DNA of 58,079 nucleotides from Candidatus Moraniibacteriota bacterium. GTDB taxonomy: Bacteria > Patescibacteriota > Minisyncoccia > Moranbacterales > UBA2206. Shown piece after piece: positions 7,833 to 17,678 of the stretch. The position numbers and the translations under genes were made by a program. A model generated the notes under the pieces. It was given only the letters and a program-made list of their open reading frames with translations. It did not search any database and was not told the origin of the DNA. The stretch spans positions 1-58,079 of the forward strand of contig DMWY01000005.1 in assembly GCA_003483065.1 (NCBI GenBank), in the 5' to 3' direction. The first letter of the stretch is position 1. Every line of letters starts with the position of its first letter.

Positions 7833-10800
7833 TTATAAATCAGTAACGCGTTCCACTTCTTCTAGAGAAGTCTCCCCTTCCAAAACTCTCAGCACTCCGT
7901 CTTGCGTCATGGTGAGCATGCCGAGTTCGACGGCTTTTTCTTCGAGTTCGGCGGTGATGGCGCCTCGGGTGACGAGGTCTTGAATCTCACGAGTTAGTTG
8001 AAAAACTTCACTCACTGTCATCCGACCCTTGTATCCAAGCCCGTTGCATTTCTCGCAACCCTTAGGATGATATATTTCCAAAACTTTTGGAATTTCCACT
8101 CCCGCTTTTGGACTAATAGTGGTCAAAACTTTTTCAATCATTTCTTTTTCTTTTTCATTCGGCTGGACTTTTTCTTTGCAATCACAAAGGCGACGCACGA
8201 GGCGTTGCGCCATAAAGGCGTTGACTGCGGTGGCAATGTCGGAAGGAGAAACGCCCATATTGATCATTCGAGCTACGGCGCCGGCGGCGTTATTGGTGTG
8301 AATGGTGGAAAGTACTAGATGTCCAGTAAGAGATGCTTGCACGGCTACTTGGGCAGTTTCGTCGTCTCGAATTTCACCAATCATCATAATGTCCGGATTT
8401 TGACGAAGCAGAGCGCGAAGAGCGGTGGCGAAAGTATAGCCTTCTTTGTCGTTTACCGGAGTTTGCAAAATTCCTGGCAGTTGATATTCAATTGGATCTT
8501 CCACAGTGATTATTTTTACTTCTGGTTTATTGAGAAGACTTAGAATACTATAGAGCGTGGTGGTTTTTCCGGAGCCTGTTGGACCAGTGTTCAAAATCAC
8601 ACCATTGGGTTTTTTAACCTCGTTCATTATTTTTTCCAAATTTTCTTTTCTGATTCCAAGTTTTGTGAGATCCAATTCCATTGATGAACCGCGGAGTAGT
8701 CGCATCACAATTGTTTCACCATATCCTCCAAGGATAATCGAAACACGCACATCGATATTTTTTTCATCTATAACTATGTCATCATCGAATTTTATGCTAA
8801 AGCGGCTATCAATCACTCCTTGGCGCACTTCAGTTTTCACTCCGGAAAGAATTTTTATCTCGCCTAAAAGTGCCGGATATTCATTGAGTGGCAAGGTGGC
8901 AACGTTTTGCAAAATTCCATCAATGCGAAAACGAATTTTGACATCATCTTTTTCCGGTTCGATGTGGATGTCGCCAACATTCAAAATGGTAGCAGCTGAA
9001 AAAACAACTTTGTTGATGTCGGTGGTTTTTGAGGTACGCAAAATTTCTTCTAGTTTTTTGAAATCTACTACATTTTCTTTAGCGGAAGCGTATTGATTAT
9101 TTTCAATGAGAATTGTTTTGCCTAGTGTTTGCGACATCAACTTTTCATAAATTCCTTCCAAAAATTCTCCTTGTCCTGTGGCGCTTTCTACTTCATCAAT
9201 TGAAGTGACGCCAGCTACAGCTTTCAAAATTCCATCTTGAAGCATCGTGATCATGCCAGACTCCAAAGCAGCCATCGCCAACTCTGTTTCGCCAGCCATT
9301 TCCAAAATTAATTTTTCAATATCTTCATTTATTGTGAGCACTTCGAAAATTCCCATGCGTCCCTTATATCCCAAGCCACTGCATTTTGGACAACCTTTGG
9401 GGCGGTATAATTTTTCTATGTCTTTGGGAATTTCCACCTTAGCTTTAGGGGAAATAATAGAGAGAATTTTTTTGATAGATTCGATAGATTCTCGGGCTGG
9501 AACATAAGCCTCTTTGCAATCGCAAAGTTTTCGCACAAGCCTTTGTCCGATAATGGCGTTTATAGCGGGAGACATCAGGGTTGGTTTTACTCCAAGTTCG
9601 ATAAGGCGTGGAATAGTCCCTACAGCATTATTGGTGTGAAGGGAAGACAAAACCAAATGACCCGTGAGCGCCGAATTGACGGCAATGTCAGCTGTTTCGT
9701 CGTCGCGAATTTCACCTACCAAAATTACATCCGGATCTTGACGGACAATAGCACGCAGTCCTTGTGAAAATGTATAACCGCGTTCTTTTTCTATTTGAGT
9801 TTGAGAAATTCCTTCGAGTTCATATTCAATCGGATCTTCAATGGTGATTATTTTTTTGTCAGGTGTATTGAGTTTGTTTATGATGGAATAGAGAGTGGTA
9901 GTTTTTCCGGATCCGGTTGGGCCGGTATTTAGCACCATTCCATTAGGCGCTTGCATTTGTTTTTGAATTGTTTCATAAGCCAAGCCTTGCAGTCCTAAAT
10001 TTTCCACACTCACCTTAATTGAATCAGGATCCAAGATTCGCATTACAACTGATTCTCCAAAACTACCAGGGATAATACTCACGCGAAGGGAAATCTTTTT
10101 TTCCGCTAGATTTATTTCAAAAGTTCCATCCTGAGCGATATCACGCAAGTTAAGTTTCATGCCAGACATTAGTTTTATGCGCGAGACAATAGTATTGAAA
10201 ACATTAAGGGGTAAAAAGGCGACGTCTTGCAATGTTCCATCAATTCGGTAGCGTAAACGAATTTCTTTTTCTTGCGGCTCAATGTGGACATCACTGGCGC
10301 CAAGTTTATAGGCGCCGGCCATCATAATATTTAGAACTTGAGTAGTTGGCAGTTCTCGAATGCGTTGCTTGAGAGTGATGAGATCTTTCATCTCATCTTC
10401 AAATTTAGTGAGTTCTTCTCCACTGAGATTCAAGCTCATTTGATCCAAAATATCCACAAAAACAATTTGTTTATATTTCTCCCAAACACGATCGAGATTT
10501 GAAGCGGAAACTACAAAAAGTTTTATCTGCCAACCCTTTTCATTTTTTAGCGTTTCTATAAAATCCACAGTATCTTGATTTCTTGGATAGCGAGAGATGA
10601 TGGTGACAATTTTTCCACTTCGGTGAATGATGGCAATGCCGAATTTTCGGGCTTCTTCTTCAGTTAGAAGGCGAATATCATCTTTGGCAATTGGGATAAG
10701 ATTAGTGTCAACATAAGGAAGATTGAGTTCTGCAGCCAGAGCCGAGGCCATCTCTTCTTCTTCTTTTTTGCGAAATTTGGAAAGAATTTTGGCAGTCTTA

Positions 10801-10862
10801 TTTTCCTCCTGAATTTCGTCTGGTTTTATGTTCTGAACTTTTGGTTTGAGAATTTTTATCAT
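7833..10862 (-). CDS. pilB: PilB/GspE family assembly ATPase with tandem duplicated ATPase domains
   Basis: Two full sets of GPTGSGKTT, T(I/V)EDPIEY, GEIRD, GHLVLSxxHTN and CxC...CxxC. The ORF-track start at 10880 lies inside a palindromic repeat, so ATG at 10862 is preferred. Confidence 0.9.
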   Translation of the reverse strand: MIKILKPKVQNIKPDEIQEENKTAKILSKFRKKEEEEMASALAAELNLPYVDTNLIPIAKDDIRLLTEEEARKFGIAIIHRSGKIVTIISRYPRNQDTVDFIETLKNEKGWQIKLFVVSASNLDRVWEKYKQIVFVDILDQMSLNLSGEELTKFEDEMKDLITLKQRIRELPTTQVLNIMMAGAYKLGASDVHIEPQEKEIRLRYRIDGTLQDVAFLPLNVFNTIVSRIKLMSGMKLNLRDIAQDGTFEINLAEKKISLRVSIIPGSFGESVVMRILDPDSIKVSVENLGLQGLAYETIQKQMQAPNGMVLNTGPTGSGKTTTLYSIINKLNTPDKKIITIEDPIEYELEGISQTQIEKERGYTFSQGLRAIVRQDPDVILVGEIRDDETADIAVNSALTGHLVLSSLHTNNAVGTIPRLIELGVKPTLMSPAINAIIGQRLVRKLCDCKEAYVPARESIESIKKILSIISPKAKVEIPKDIEKLYRPKGCPKCSGLGYKGRMGIFEVLTINEDIEKLILEMAGETELAMAALESGMITMLQDGILKAVAGVTSIDEVESATGQGEFLEGIYEKLMSQTLGKTILIENNQYASAKENVVDFKKLEEILRTSKTTDINKVVFSAATILNVGDIHIEPEKDDVKIRFRIDGILQNVATLPLNEYPALLGEIKILSGVKTEVRQGVIDSRFSIKFDDDIVIDEKNIDVRVSIILGGYGETIVMRLLRGSSMELDLTKLGIRKENLEKIMNEVKKPNGVILNTGPTGSGKTTTLYSILSLLNKPEVKIITVEDPIEYQLPGILQTPVNDKEGYTFATALRALLRQNPDIMMIGEIRDDETAQVAVQASLTGHLVLSTIHTNNAAGAVARMINMGVSPSDIATAVNAFMAQRLVRRLCDCKEKVQPNEKEKEMIEKVLTTISPKAGVEIPKVLEIYHPKGCEKCNGLGYKGRMTVSEVFQLTREIQDLVTRGAITAELEEKAVELGMLTMTQDGVLRVLEGETSLEEVERVTDL

Positions 10863-10874
10863 GATATTTTTTTG

Positions 10875-10949
10875 TGTCATCCTGAACTCGTTTCAGGATC
10901 TCATTTAGAATGAGAAGTTTAGAGATGCTGAAATTAATTCAGCATGACA
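10875..10949. repeat. TGTCA...TGACA palindromic element, intergenic copy
   Basis: TGTCATCCTGAACTCGTTTCAGGATCT...AGATGCTGAAATTAATTCAGCATGACA. Confidence 0.9.
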
Positions 10950-11000
10950 AAATTTATAATAGTTTTATTTGATAGTATTTTAGCATAAATATGACAAATA

Positions 11001-11026
11001 AAAAACTGCCCTAAATAAGGGGCAGT
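11001..11026 (-). terminator. Terminator after the DHH-like gene
   Basis: ACTGCCC/GGGCAGT stem with a T tract on the minus strand. Confidence 0.6.
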
Positions 11027-11048
11027 GCTAAATTTATAAAACAAGAAA

Positions 11049-12182
11049 TTATTTTGTCATTAGGATTTTAATTTTTTCAGCGATAAGTTGACCAACCTCA
11101 AAAATATCAGAAGTTTTAAAATTTATTTCTAAAATTCCTCGCTGGAAATTTTGTGGAAACTCCGCCACTATTTTTTTGGCTGTTTCTGGATTGGAAAATT
11201 TGATAAGAGCAACAGAACTTTGGGGTGTGTCATTATAAACAGCCATAAAAATTTGTCCTTCGCTATAGTTTTCTTCTAATTTGGAAATAATTAGAGGCAA
11301 ATCTTCAGATTTCGAACGGCTTTGCACAAAATCTTCCACGCTGAGTGTGGACCAAACTAATTTGCTTTGTGCGTCCCAATTGATTTTGGCCATGGCTCGT
11401 CCCCAGAGTTTCAAGATATGCAATGGTTGAGTCTTATACATCCAGCGGATAATTTCTTGTTGATCAGCGCCTTTGTTCATAAGATTGGCCGAAGCCAAAA
11501 GGGCTTTTGGCGTGGTATTTTTTTTCTGAAAACTGTCAGTAGCTCCAATTAGGCCCGCAAGAAGGCAGGTGGCAATTTTTTTGTCGACTAATTCTGGAAA
11601 TGTTTCTTCAAAGGTTCGAGCTAAGATTTCGCAGGAAGAAGAAGCAGTGATATCAGTGAGATTGATTTGCCCAAAGTTATCATTGTCGCTTTTGTAGTCA
11701 ATGTTTATTATTGGCACTTCAAAAAACAAATCAGTGTTTTCTAAATAGAGCTTACCTAAGGTTTCCAGGTCAGCCGAGTCAATCACGATAACTAAATCAT
11801 ATTTGAATTTGGCCAGGATAAAAGAAAAATCCTTTGGATTAACAGAACCTTTTTCCGGAGTGACTAGAATATTGAAAATATCGCCTTTTTCTTCATGTCT
11901 AACTCTTATTATCTTGTTTTCTGCTGTATTAAAAGAAAGAACAAAATCACGCGCTCCGGAAATTTCCGAAAGAATATTCTCGGGTCGAGGGAGAAAGCTG
12001 AATTTTTCTGAGAGGTGATTGGAAAAAGCAATGGCTGGTAGAATGTTCATTTTTTCCAAGAAATAGTAAAGCGCCCAGGCTGAGCCCACGGCATCAGCCG
12101 AAGGATTTTCCGGGATAAGAATCAGAACCTCTTTGGAAGTTTCCAGAAATTTTTTGAATTGTTCTTGAGGCGGAAGTGACAT
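11049..12182 (-). CDS. DHH/NrnA family phosphoesterase-like protein with degenerate catalytic motifs
   Basis: ENPSADAVGS, LVIVIDS, INIDYK (for DHH), ASSSCEIL, LLAGLIGATDSF. Confidence 0.75.
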   Translation of the reverse strand: MSLPPQEQFKKFLETSKEVLILIPENPSADAVGSAWALYYFLEKMNILPAIAFSNHLSEKFSFLPRPENILSEISGARDFVLSFNTAENKIIRVRHEEKGDIFNILVTPEKGSVNPKDFSFILAKFKYDLVIVIDSADLETLGKLYLENTDLFFEVPIINIDYKSDNDNFGQINLTDITASSSCEILARTFEETFPELVDKKIATCLLAGLIGATDSFQKKNTTPKALLASANLMNKGADQQEIIRWMYKTQPLHILKLWGRAMAKINWDAQSKLVWSTLSVEDFVQSRSKSEDLPLIISKLEENYSEGQIFMAVYNDTPQSSVALIKFSNPETAKKIVAEFPQNFQRGILEINFKTSDIFEVGQLIAEKIKILMTK

Positions 12183-12270
12183 TAGCGTAATTTCTATATT
12201 AAGTTAGTCTAGTAAAATAGCACCTAGAAAAGATGTTGTCAATGTTCTAATTTATAGGTAAGATTAAATC

Positions 12271-12750
12271 ATGGAAAAAACCCTCATCACAACCAATTCC
12301 AAACAAACGCAAAAACTAGGCGAGCTTTTAGCACGAGAATTGCGAGGAGGGGAAGTAATTTGTTTGGATGGTGAACTAGGCGCGGGGAAAACTACCTTTA
12401 CCCAAGGACTTTTGAAAGGTTTGAAAATAAAAGGGCCGTACACTAGCCCTACCTTTCTTATAATTAAACATTATAAGAAAGAATTTCCAATTCCCAATTT
12501 CCAATTTCCAAATAAATCTCAAAATCCAAAATCCAAAATCCAAAATATTTATCATATAGATGCATATAGAGTGGGCGTGCAGGATATTTTGGATTTAGGT
12601 TTCGAAGAAATATTGTCGAACAAGAAAAATATTATTATAATAGAATGGGCGAAGAGAATAAAAAAAATTATTCCGTCTAATGCAGTTTGGGTTGACTTTG
12701 AATGGTTGGAGGAGAATAAAAGAAAAATTACTTTTAAGGCTAAATTTTAA
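12271..12750 (+). CDS. tsaE: tRNA threonylcarbamoyladenosine biosynthesis ATPase TsaE
   Basis: GELGAGKTTF, TSPTF, YHIDAYR, IIEWA; carries a heptamer-repeat insertion. Confidence 0.95.
   Translation: MEKTLITTNSKQTQKLGELLARELRGGEVICLDGELGAGKTTFTQGLLKGLKIKGPYTSPTFLIIKHYKKEFPIPNFQFPNKSQNPKSKIQNIYHIDAYRVGVQDILDLGFEEILSNKKNIIIIEWAKRIKKIIPSNAVWVDFEWLEENKRKITFKAKF
12482..12546 (+). repeat. Heptamer tandem repeats in-frame in tsaE
   Basis: (AATTTCC)x4-like, then AAATAAATCTC, then (AAAATCC)x3. Confidence 0.85.
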
Positions 12751-12874
12751 ATTATAAATTTTAAATCAATTTTAAATTACTAAATGACAAATTAAAAATT
12801 TAATCATTTAGATTTCATTTTAAATTTAAAATTTAGACTTAAAAATTCTATAATAATATTAATATAAAAAAACT

Positions 12875-13603
12875 ATGAAAAAAACAGCAGTATTAATAAT
12901 GAGTATATTTTTAGTTGTAATCTTATCTGCTTGCTCACAAAAAGAAGAAAAATCAAAAGACGCTATCCCAAATCCGATTAGTGATCCCGCCGGATATGTC
13001 CCAGGGATGGTGGATATAAACAAAAAAGCCCAGGAAGACATTCAAAATGCAGTGAACAGTGAAAATGAAAAATTAACTAATGCCTTAAATGAAAACAATA
13101 TGAATGAACAAATAACACAATTTGCGCTTATCAAAACAAGTCTTGGCGACATCAAAGTAGAACTATCTGCCAGCAGTGCTCCCGCAACTGTCAAAAATTT
13201 TTCTGACCTAGCCAAAAAAGGATTTTATGATGGCACAAAATTTCATCGAGTGATCAAAGGCTTTATGATTCAGGGTGGCGATCCGCTTTCCAAAGATGAT
13301 TCGCAAAAATCAATGTGGGGAACTGGTGGGCCAGGATACAAATTCAAAGACGAGCTCACTGGCAAGGAAAAATATCTGCAAGGAACTCTTGCGATGGCCA
13401 ACTCCGGCCCAAACATCAATGGCTCTCAATTTTTCATTGTCACCGCGATCCCTGGCGCGCAACTCCCACCCAGCTACACGGTTTTTGGCAAAGTAGTTTC
13501 TGGCATCGACATCGCCCTAAAAATCGAAAACGTCAAAACTGCTCCCAATGATCAGCCGATAGATGATGTGGTGGTTTATAATATGGAATTGTTGGAGAAA
13601 TAG
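12875..13603 (+). CDS. Cyclophilin-type peptidyl-prolyl isomerase, probable lipoprotein
   Basis: Lipobox LSAC; FHRVIKGFMIQGGDP, LAMANSGPN, NGSQFFI, YTVFGKV. Confidence 0.93.
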   Translation: MKKTAVLIMSIFLVVILSACSQKEEKSKDAIPNPISDPAGYVPGMVDINKKAQEDIQNAVNSENEKLTNALNENNMNEQITQFALIKTSLGDIKVELSASSAPATVKNFSDLAKKGFYDGTKFHRVIKGFMIQGGDPLSKDDSQKSMWGTGGPGYKFKDELTGKEKYLQGTLAMANSGPNINGSQFFIVTAIPGAQLPPSYTVFGKVVSGIDIALKIENVKTAPNDQPIDDVVVYNMELLEK

Positions 13604-13639
13604 GAGAATAACGAAAATGTGGTATAATAAGATAGTGAT

Positions 13640-13668
13640 TTGACATTTATCATAAAATTTGATATAAA
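13640..13668 (+). promoter_or_regulatory. Sigma70 promoter of the toxin-antitoxin pair, overlapped by an inverted repeat
   Basis: TTGACA, 17 nt, TGa-TATAAA; imperfect palindrome TTTATCA...TGATATAAA. Confidence 0.6.
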
Positions 13669-13715
13669 TTCAAATCCTATTAGTATTAATAGTGTAATTA
13701 AGGCGTCTAAAATAT

Positions 13716-14069
13716 ATGTCGATTACAAAAAAAGCTAAAGATTATTTGTTAAAAGCAATTAGTGGTAAAGATTTTGCGCCACAAGGACTTGTTGATATAA
13801 ACAGGTATTTTAGACTTTATGGACCGATTAATTTTGAATTCAAAAAAGAAGGCGATGCTATTGTTGGTATAAGCACAAATTTTAGATTTGGTTCTATTGT
13901 CACTTCAGGAAAAGATGAAAAAGAATTAGACAAAAATATCAAAGATGCTATCCTTACTTCTTTTGAAGTTGCATCTTCATATGCCAAAGAAGCTGGCATA
14001 AAGAATCTTAATGAATGTACAAAAGAAGATGTAAAAAATAAATGCTATCAATCGTATGCCCTCGCGTAG
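13716..14069 (+). CDS. HicB-like antitoxin
   Basis: IVTSGKDEKELDKNIKDAI resembles the HicB partial RNase H fold; overlaps the hicA-like gene. Confidence 0.6.
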   Translation: MSITKKAKDYLLKAISGKDFAPQGLVDINRYFRLYGPINFEFKKEGDAIVGISTNFRFGSIVTSGKDEKELDKNIKDAILTSFEVASSYAKEAGIKNLNECTKEDVKNKCYQSYALA

Positions 14070-14301
14070 TCAACTTCCGGGAAATATCAAAAGGAAGAAA
14101 TTTATAAGGGCACTGATGCGTTGTGGTTTTGAAATAGATTTAAGTGGCGGAGACGGAAGTCACTACAAAGCAACTTGGCCAGCAAATCAAAAATCAATCA
14201 CTATTCAATCAGAGATAAGAAAAGATGTGCTATATTATTTGTTGAAAGAAATCGAAAAATATAGTGGTGTCACTTGGGAAGATATAAAAAAGAATCTTTA
14301 G
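14056..14301 (+). CDS. hicA: HicA family toxin (mRNA interferase)
   Basis: KFIRALMRCGFE..GGDGSHYK motif, 81 aa. Confidence 0.75.
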   Translation: MPSRSQLPGNIKRKKFIRALMRCGFEIDLSGGDGSHYKATWPANQKSITIQSEIRKDVLYYLLKEIEKYSGVTWEDIKKNL

Positions 14302-14346
14302 AAATAAAAAAGTGTTAAGTAACTAGCTACTTAACAAAAAATAACA

Positions 14347-14384
14347 AAAAAAACAGGGTCTAATTTTTCGACGCCTGTTTTTTT
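14347..14384 (+). terminator. Bidirectional terminator-like hairpin
   Basis: AAAAAAACAGGGTC...GACGCCTGTTTTTTT between convergent genes. Confidence 0.55.
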
Positions 14385-14443
14385 ACTTGCTACTGCCTTG
14401 TGGTTTTTTGTATTATATTCCTGAATAATTTTTAGATCGAATA

Positions 14444-14872
14444 CTATTTAACTTCTTTGTTTGTTTTAATACTTTCTATTCTTTCTGCATTTTGTCTAAC
14501 GCATTCTATAGCATCAGGAAAATTTTCAAAAATCAAATGCTGGTAATAAATATCATTTATAAGTTTAGAAGATTCACTACTTAGTTTATCATCCTCTGAT
14601 TTTTGAGAAGTTGGATCTTTTTCCCATTTGACAAGGGCAACGCCCTTTTTGTCTGGATCATTAGAGCTTCCAAAGTAAAGCACAATACCATCAAGACTCG
14701 GATGTATCATTCTTCCATGTTTAAAAAGAGATCCTGCATTTTCATAACTAAGATCTCTATTGTCTCGAATTATTTGTTCATGCTGGTCTTTATTATTCTG
14801 TGCAGTTATAGAAGCTGGTTTTTCTTCTTGCGGTGTCTTATTTTGTACTGGGTCTTCCCAAGGATTGCTCAT
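14444..14872 (-). CDS. Hypothetical protein
   Basis: 142-aa ORF with natural composition; TATAAT upstream on the minus strand. Confidence 0.65.
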   Translation of the reverse strand: MSNPWEDPVQNKTPQEEKPASITAQNNKDQHEQIIRDNRDLSYENAGSLFKHGRMIHPSLDGIVLYFGSSNDPDKKGVALVKWEKDPTSQKSEDDKLSSESSKLINDIYYQHLIFENFPDAIECVRQNAERIESIKTNKEVK

Positions 14873-14982
14873 AGTTTATTCTTAAAAATTATATCTTTAT
14901 TATAAAACAATTGCTTTTTTTTGCAAGTACTGTACTCACGAATTTGATTGCCACAAATCCTTCCGCCGTTTATAATATAAAT

Positions 14983-17676
14983 ATGCCAAACAAACCAAAA
15001 AAACTTATCCTAATTGACGGCAATGCGATCATTCATAGGTCATATCATGCCCTTCCACCACTCACTACCAAAAGCGGGGAACTGGTCAATGCTGTTTATG
15101 GTTTTGCATCCACGATGCTGAGCGTTATTTCCAAATTCCAACCAGACTATATTTTGGCGACTTTTGATTTGGCGGGACCGACTTTTCGTCAGGAGGAGTA
15201 TAAGGAATATAAGGCGACACGAACAAAAGCGCCGGATGAACTTTATGCGCAAATTGAGCGAGTGAAAGAAGTGGTGCGGGCGATGGGAATTCCGATTTAT
15301 GAAAAGGCGGGGTTTGAAGCGGATGATGTAATTGGGACGATGATTAGAAAATCAGAAAATGAATATTCTGATATTGAAAATATAATTGTGACGGGGGACT
15401 TAGACACCGTGCAACTTGTGAGCGAAAAAACTCAAGTATACACAATGCGCCGAGGACTCACGGATTCAGTGATGTACGATGAGGCGAAAGTTTTTGAAAG
15501 ATATGGACTCAAGCCCGATCAAATTATTGATTATAAGGGTCTTCGCGGTGATCCGTCGGATAATATTTTGGGCGTCAAAGGCATTGGAGAAAAAACTGCT
15601 TCAACGCTTTTGCAAAAATATGGGACAATTGAAGGTGTATATGAAAATCTAAGCGAAATCAAAGGAGCAATTCGCGAAAAATTAGAACGTGACAAAATGC
15701 AAGCCATTCAAAGCAAGAGTTTGGCGACAATTCGCACTAACGTTCCGGTGGAATTGAATTTAGAAGAAGCTAAAACGCACGAATTCGATAGAACAAAACT
15801 GGTTAGACTTTTTCAAGAATTGACTTTTTACTCGCTAATAAAGCGTATCCCAGAGTCGAAAGATTTTAGTACTACAAATTTACAAATCGATTACAAATCT
15901 ACAAATAATTCCGGAATTAAGGATTTCAAGTATGAATTAATTGCGGAAGACAAAGTAGAAGAATTTTTTAAGATGTTAGGGGATCAGAAGGAAATTGCAA
16001 TAAATTTAAAAACTAAAGGAAATGATATTTTTTCCGGCATAGCTTTTTCTTGGAAAACTGGGCGGGCGGGATATATTTCAGGAATCAGGAATCAGGAATC
16101 AGAAATCAAGAATGTTTTAGAAAATGAGAATATAAATAAAATAGGTTATGATTTGAAAAATAGCATAAAAATACTAAAAGAAAATAATATTGAACTAAAA
16201 GGTGAAATGTATGATGTGATGTTAGGCGCTTATATGCTAAACCCAGGGGCAAAAATGGATTTTGCAAGATTAGTTCTAGAGCAATTGGGTGAGGAGATTC
16301 AGGAAGAAAAAAAGAAGGGACAATTAGGGTTGGATATGGAAACACCAGAAGAAATTGCAAACAAAGAATGCGCAGTAGCGGATTATGTGTTCAAATTGAA
16401 AGAAATTTTTTCCGAAAAAATTGAAAAAATTTCTGGTGAGCAAGGCAAGGACAATAATTTAGAAAATGTTTTTTCTAAAATAGAAATGCCACTGGTCAAG
16501 ATTTTGGCAGAAATGGAAACTCACGGAGTGAAACTCAACACAGTTATTTTCAAAGGCATAGCGGAGAAAATAAACTCGCGGATTATAAATCTGGAAAAAA
16601 ATATCTATGAGCTGGCCGGAACGCAGTTTAATATTAATTCTCCTAAGCAATTGGCGGAAATTCTTTTTGTGAAACTCAAGATTTCAACGGATAATATCAA
16701 GAAAGGTAAAACTGGATATTCAACTGCATCAGCGGAACTACAAAAAATTAAAGAAGAATATAAGATAGCCGAAAAAATTGAAGAATACCGAGAAATTTTT
16801 AAATTAAAAACTACCTATCTAGATGCGCTACCACTTTTAGTGGATGAAAAATCTCGTATTCACACCACTTTTAATCAAGCCGTCACTGCGACAGGGCGCT
16901 TGTCTTCTTCGGAACCTAATTTGCAAAACATTCCAATCCGCACTGATCTTGGACAACTTTTGCGCGTCGCTTTTGAAGCCGAGCAAGGTTATAAATTAGT
17001 AGCGGCTGACTATTCGCAAATTGATCTTCGCGCCGTGGCGCATGTTTCGGGAGACAAAAAAATGATTGAACTTTTTCATGCTGGGTCTGACATTCACACG
17101 GCTACCGCTTCTGAAATCAACAAGGTTTCAATTTCGCAAGTGACTCAGAAAATGCGAAGTTCAGCCAAAGCTTTGAACTTTGGAGTGATATATGGCATGA
17201 GTGTTTTTGGTTTTTCAGTTTCAGCTGGAATTTCTCGCGATGACGCCAAAAAATTTATCGATGCTTATTTTGAAAAATTTACTGGCGTGGCGCAGTATAT
17301 GAAATCGACCAAAGAATTTGCCAAAATTAATGGCTATGTGGAAACGGAAATGGGGCGTCGGCGCTATATCCCAGAGATAAATTCCTCAAATTTTATGGTG
17401 CAAAACAGTGCTGAACGTATGGCGATCAATATGCCCATTCAAGGGATGTCAGCGGATATTGTGAAACTTGCCATGATAAAAGTGTATGAAGAATATAAAA
17501 ATAATCCAGATGTTAAAATAATTCTTCAAGTGCACGATGAAATAATTTTAGAAGTCAAAGAAAATTTAGCCGATGAAGTTTCTAAAAAAGTCAAAGAAAT
17601 TATGGAGCGGGTTTATAAACTCAAAGTCCCGCTAGTAGTGGATGTGAAGGTGGGGGATAATTGGGGGGAAATTTAA
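14983..17676 (+). CDS. polA: DNA polymerase I
   Basis: 5'-nuclease LILIDGN, GFEADDVIGT, GVKGIGEKTA; polymerase motifs DYSQIDLR, KALNFGVIYG, LQVHDE; ATG at 14983 preferred. Confidence 0.98.
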   Translation: MPNKPKKLILIDGNAIIHRSYHALPPLTTKSGELVNAVYGFASTMLSVISKFQPDYILATFDLAGPTFRQEEYKEYKATRTKAPDELYAQIERVKEVVRAMGIPIYEKAGFEADDVIGTMIRKSENEYSDIENIIVTGDLDTVQLVSEKTQVYTMRRGLTDSVMYDEAKVFERYGLKPDQIIDYKGLRGDPSDNILGVKGIGEKTASTLLQKYGTIEGVYENLSEIKGAIREKLERDKMQAIQSKSLATIRTNVPVELNLEEAKTHEFDRTKLVRLFQELTFYSLIKRIPESKDFSTTNLQIDYKSTNNSGIKDFKYELIAEDKVEEFFKMLGDQKEIAINLKTKGNDIFSGIAFSWKTGRAGYISGIRNQESEIKNVLENENINKIGYDLKNSIKILKENNIELKGEMYDVMLGAYMLNPGAKMDFARLVLEQLGEEIQEEKKKGQLGLDMETPEEIANKECAVADYVFKLKEIFSEKIEKISGEQGKDNNLENVFSKIEMPLVKILAEMETHGVKLNTVIFKGIAEKINSRIINLEKNIYELAGTQFNINSPKQLAEILFVKLKISTDNIKKGKTGYSTASAELQKIKEEYKIAEKIEEYREIFKLKTTYLDALPLLVDEKSRIHTTFNQAVTATGRLSSSEPNLQNIPIRTDLGQLLRVAFEAEQGYKLVAADYSQIDLRAVAHVSGDKKMIELFHAGSDIHTATASEINKVSISQVTQKMRSSAKALNFGVIYGMSVFGFSVSAGISRDDAKKFIDAYFEKFTGVAQYMKSTKEFAKINGYVETEMGRRRYIPEINSSNFMVQNSAERMAINMPIQGMSADIVKLAMIKVYEEYKNNPDVKIILQVHDEIILEVKENLADEVSKKVKEIMERVYKLKVPLVVDVKVGDNWGEI

Positions 17677-17678
17677 TT

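Noticed and set aside
8557..9096. 179-aa + strand ORF and similar ORFs opposite pilB
   Set aside because: Antisense shadows of a well-supported gene.
10863..10880. N-terminal extension MTQKNI of the tandem PilB
   Set aside because: The ATG is supplied by the palindromic repeat; ORF-track extensions of polA, mutM, holA, murE and pilC were likewise trimmed.
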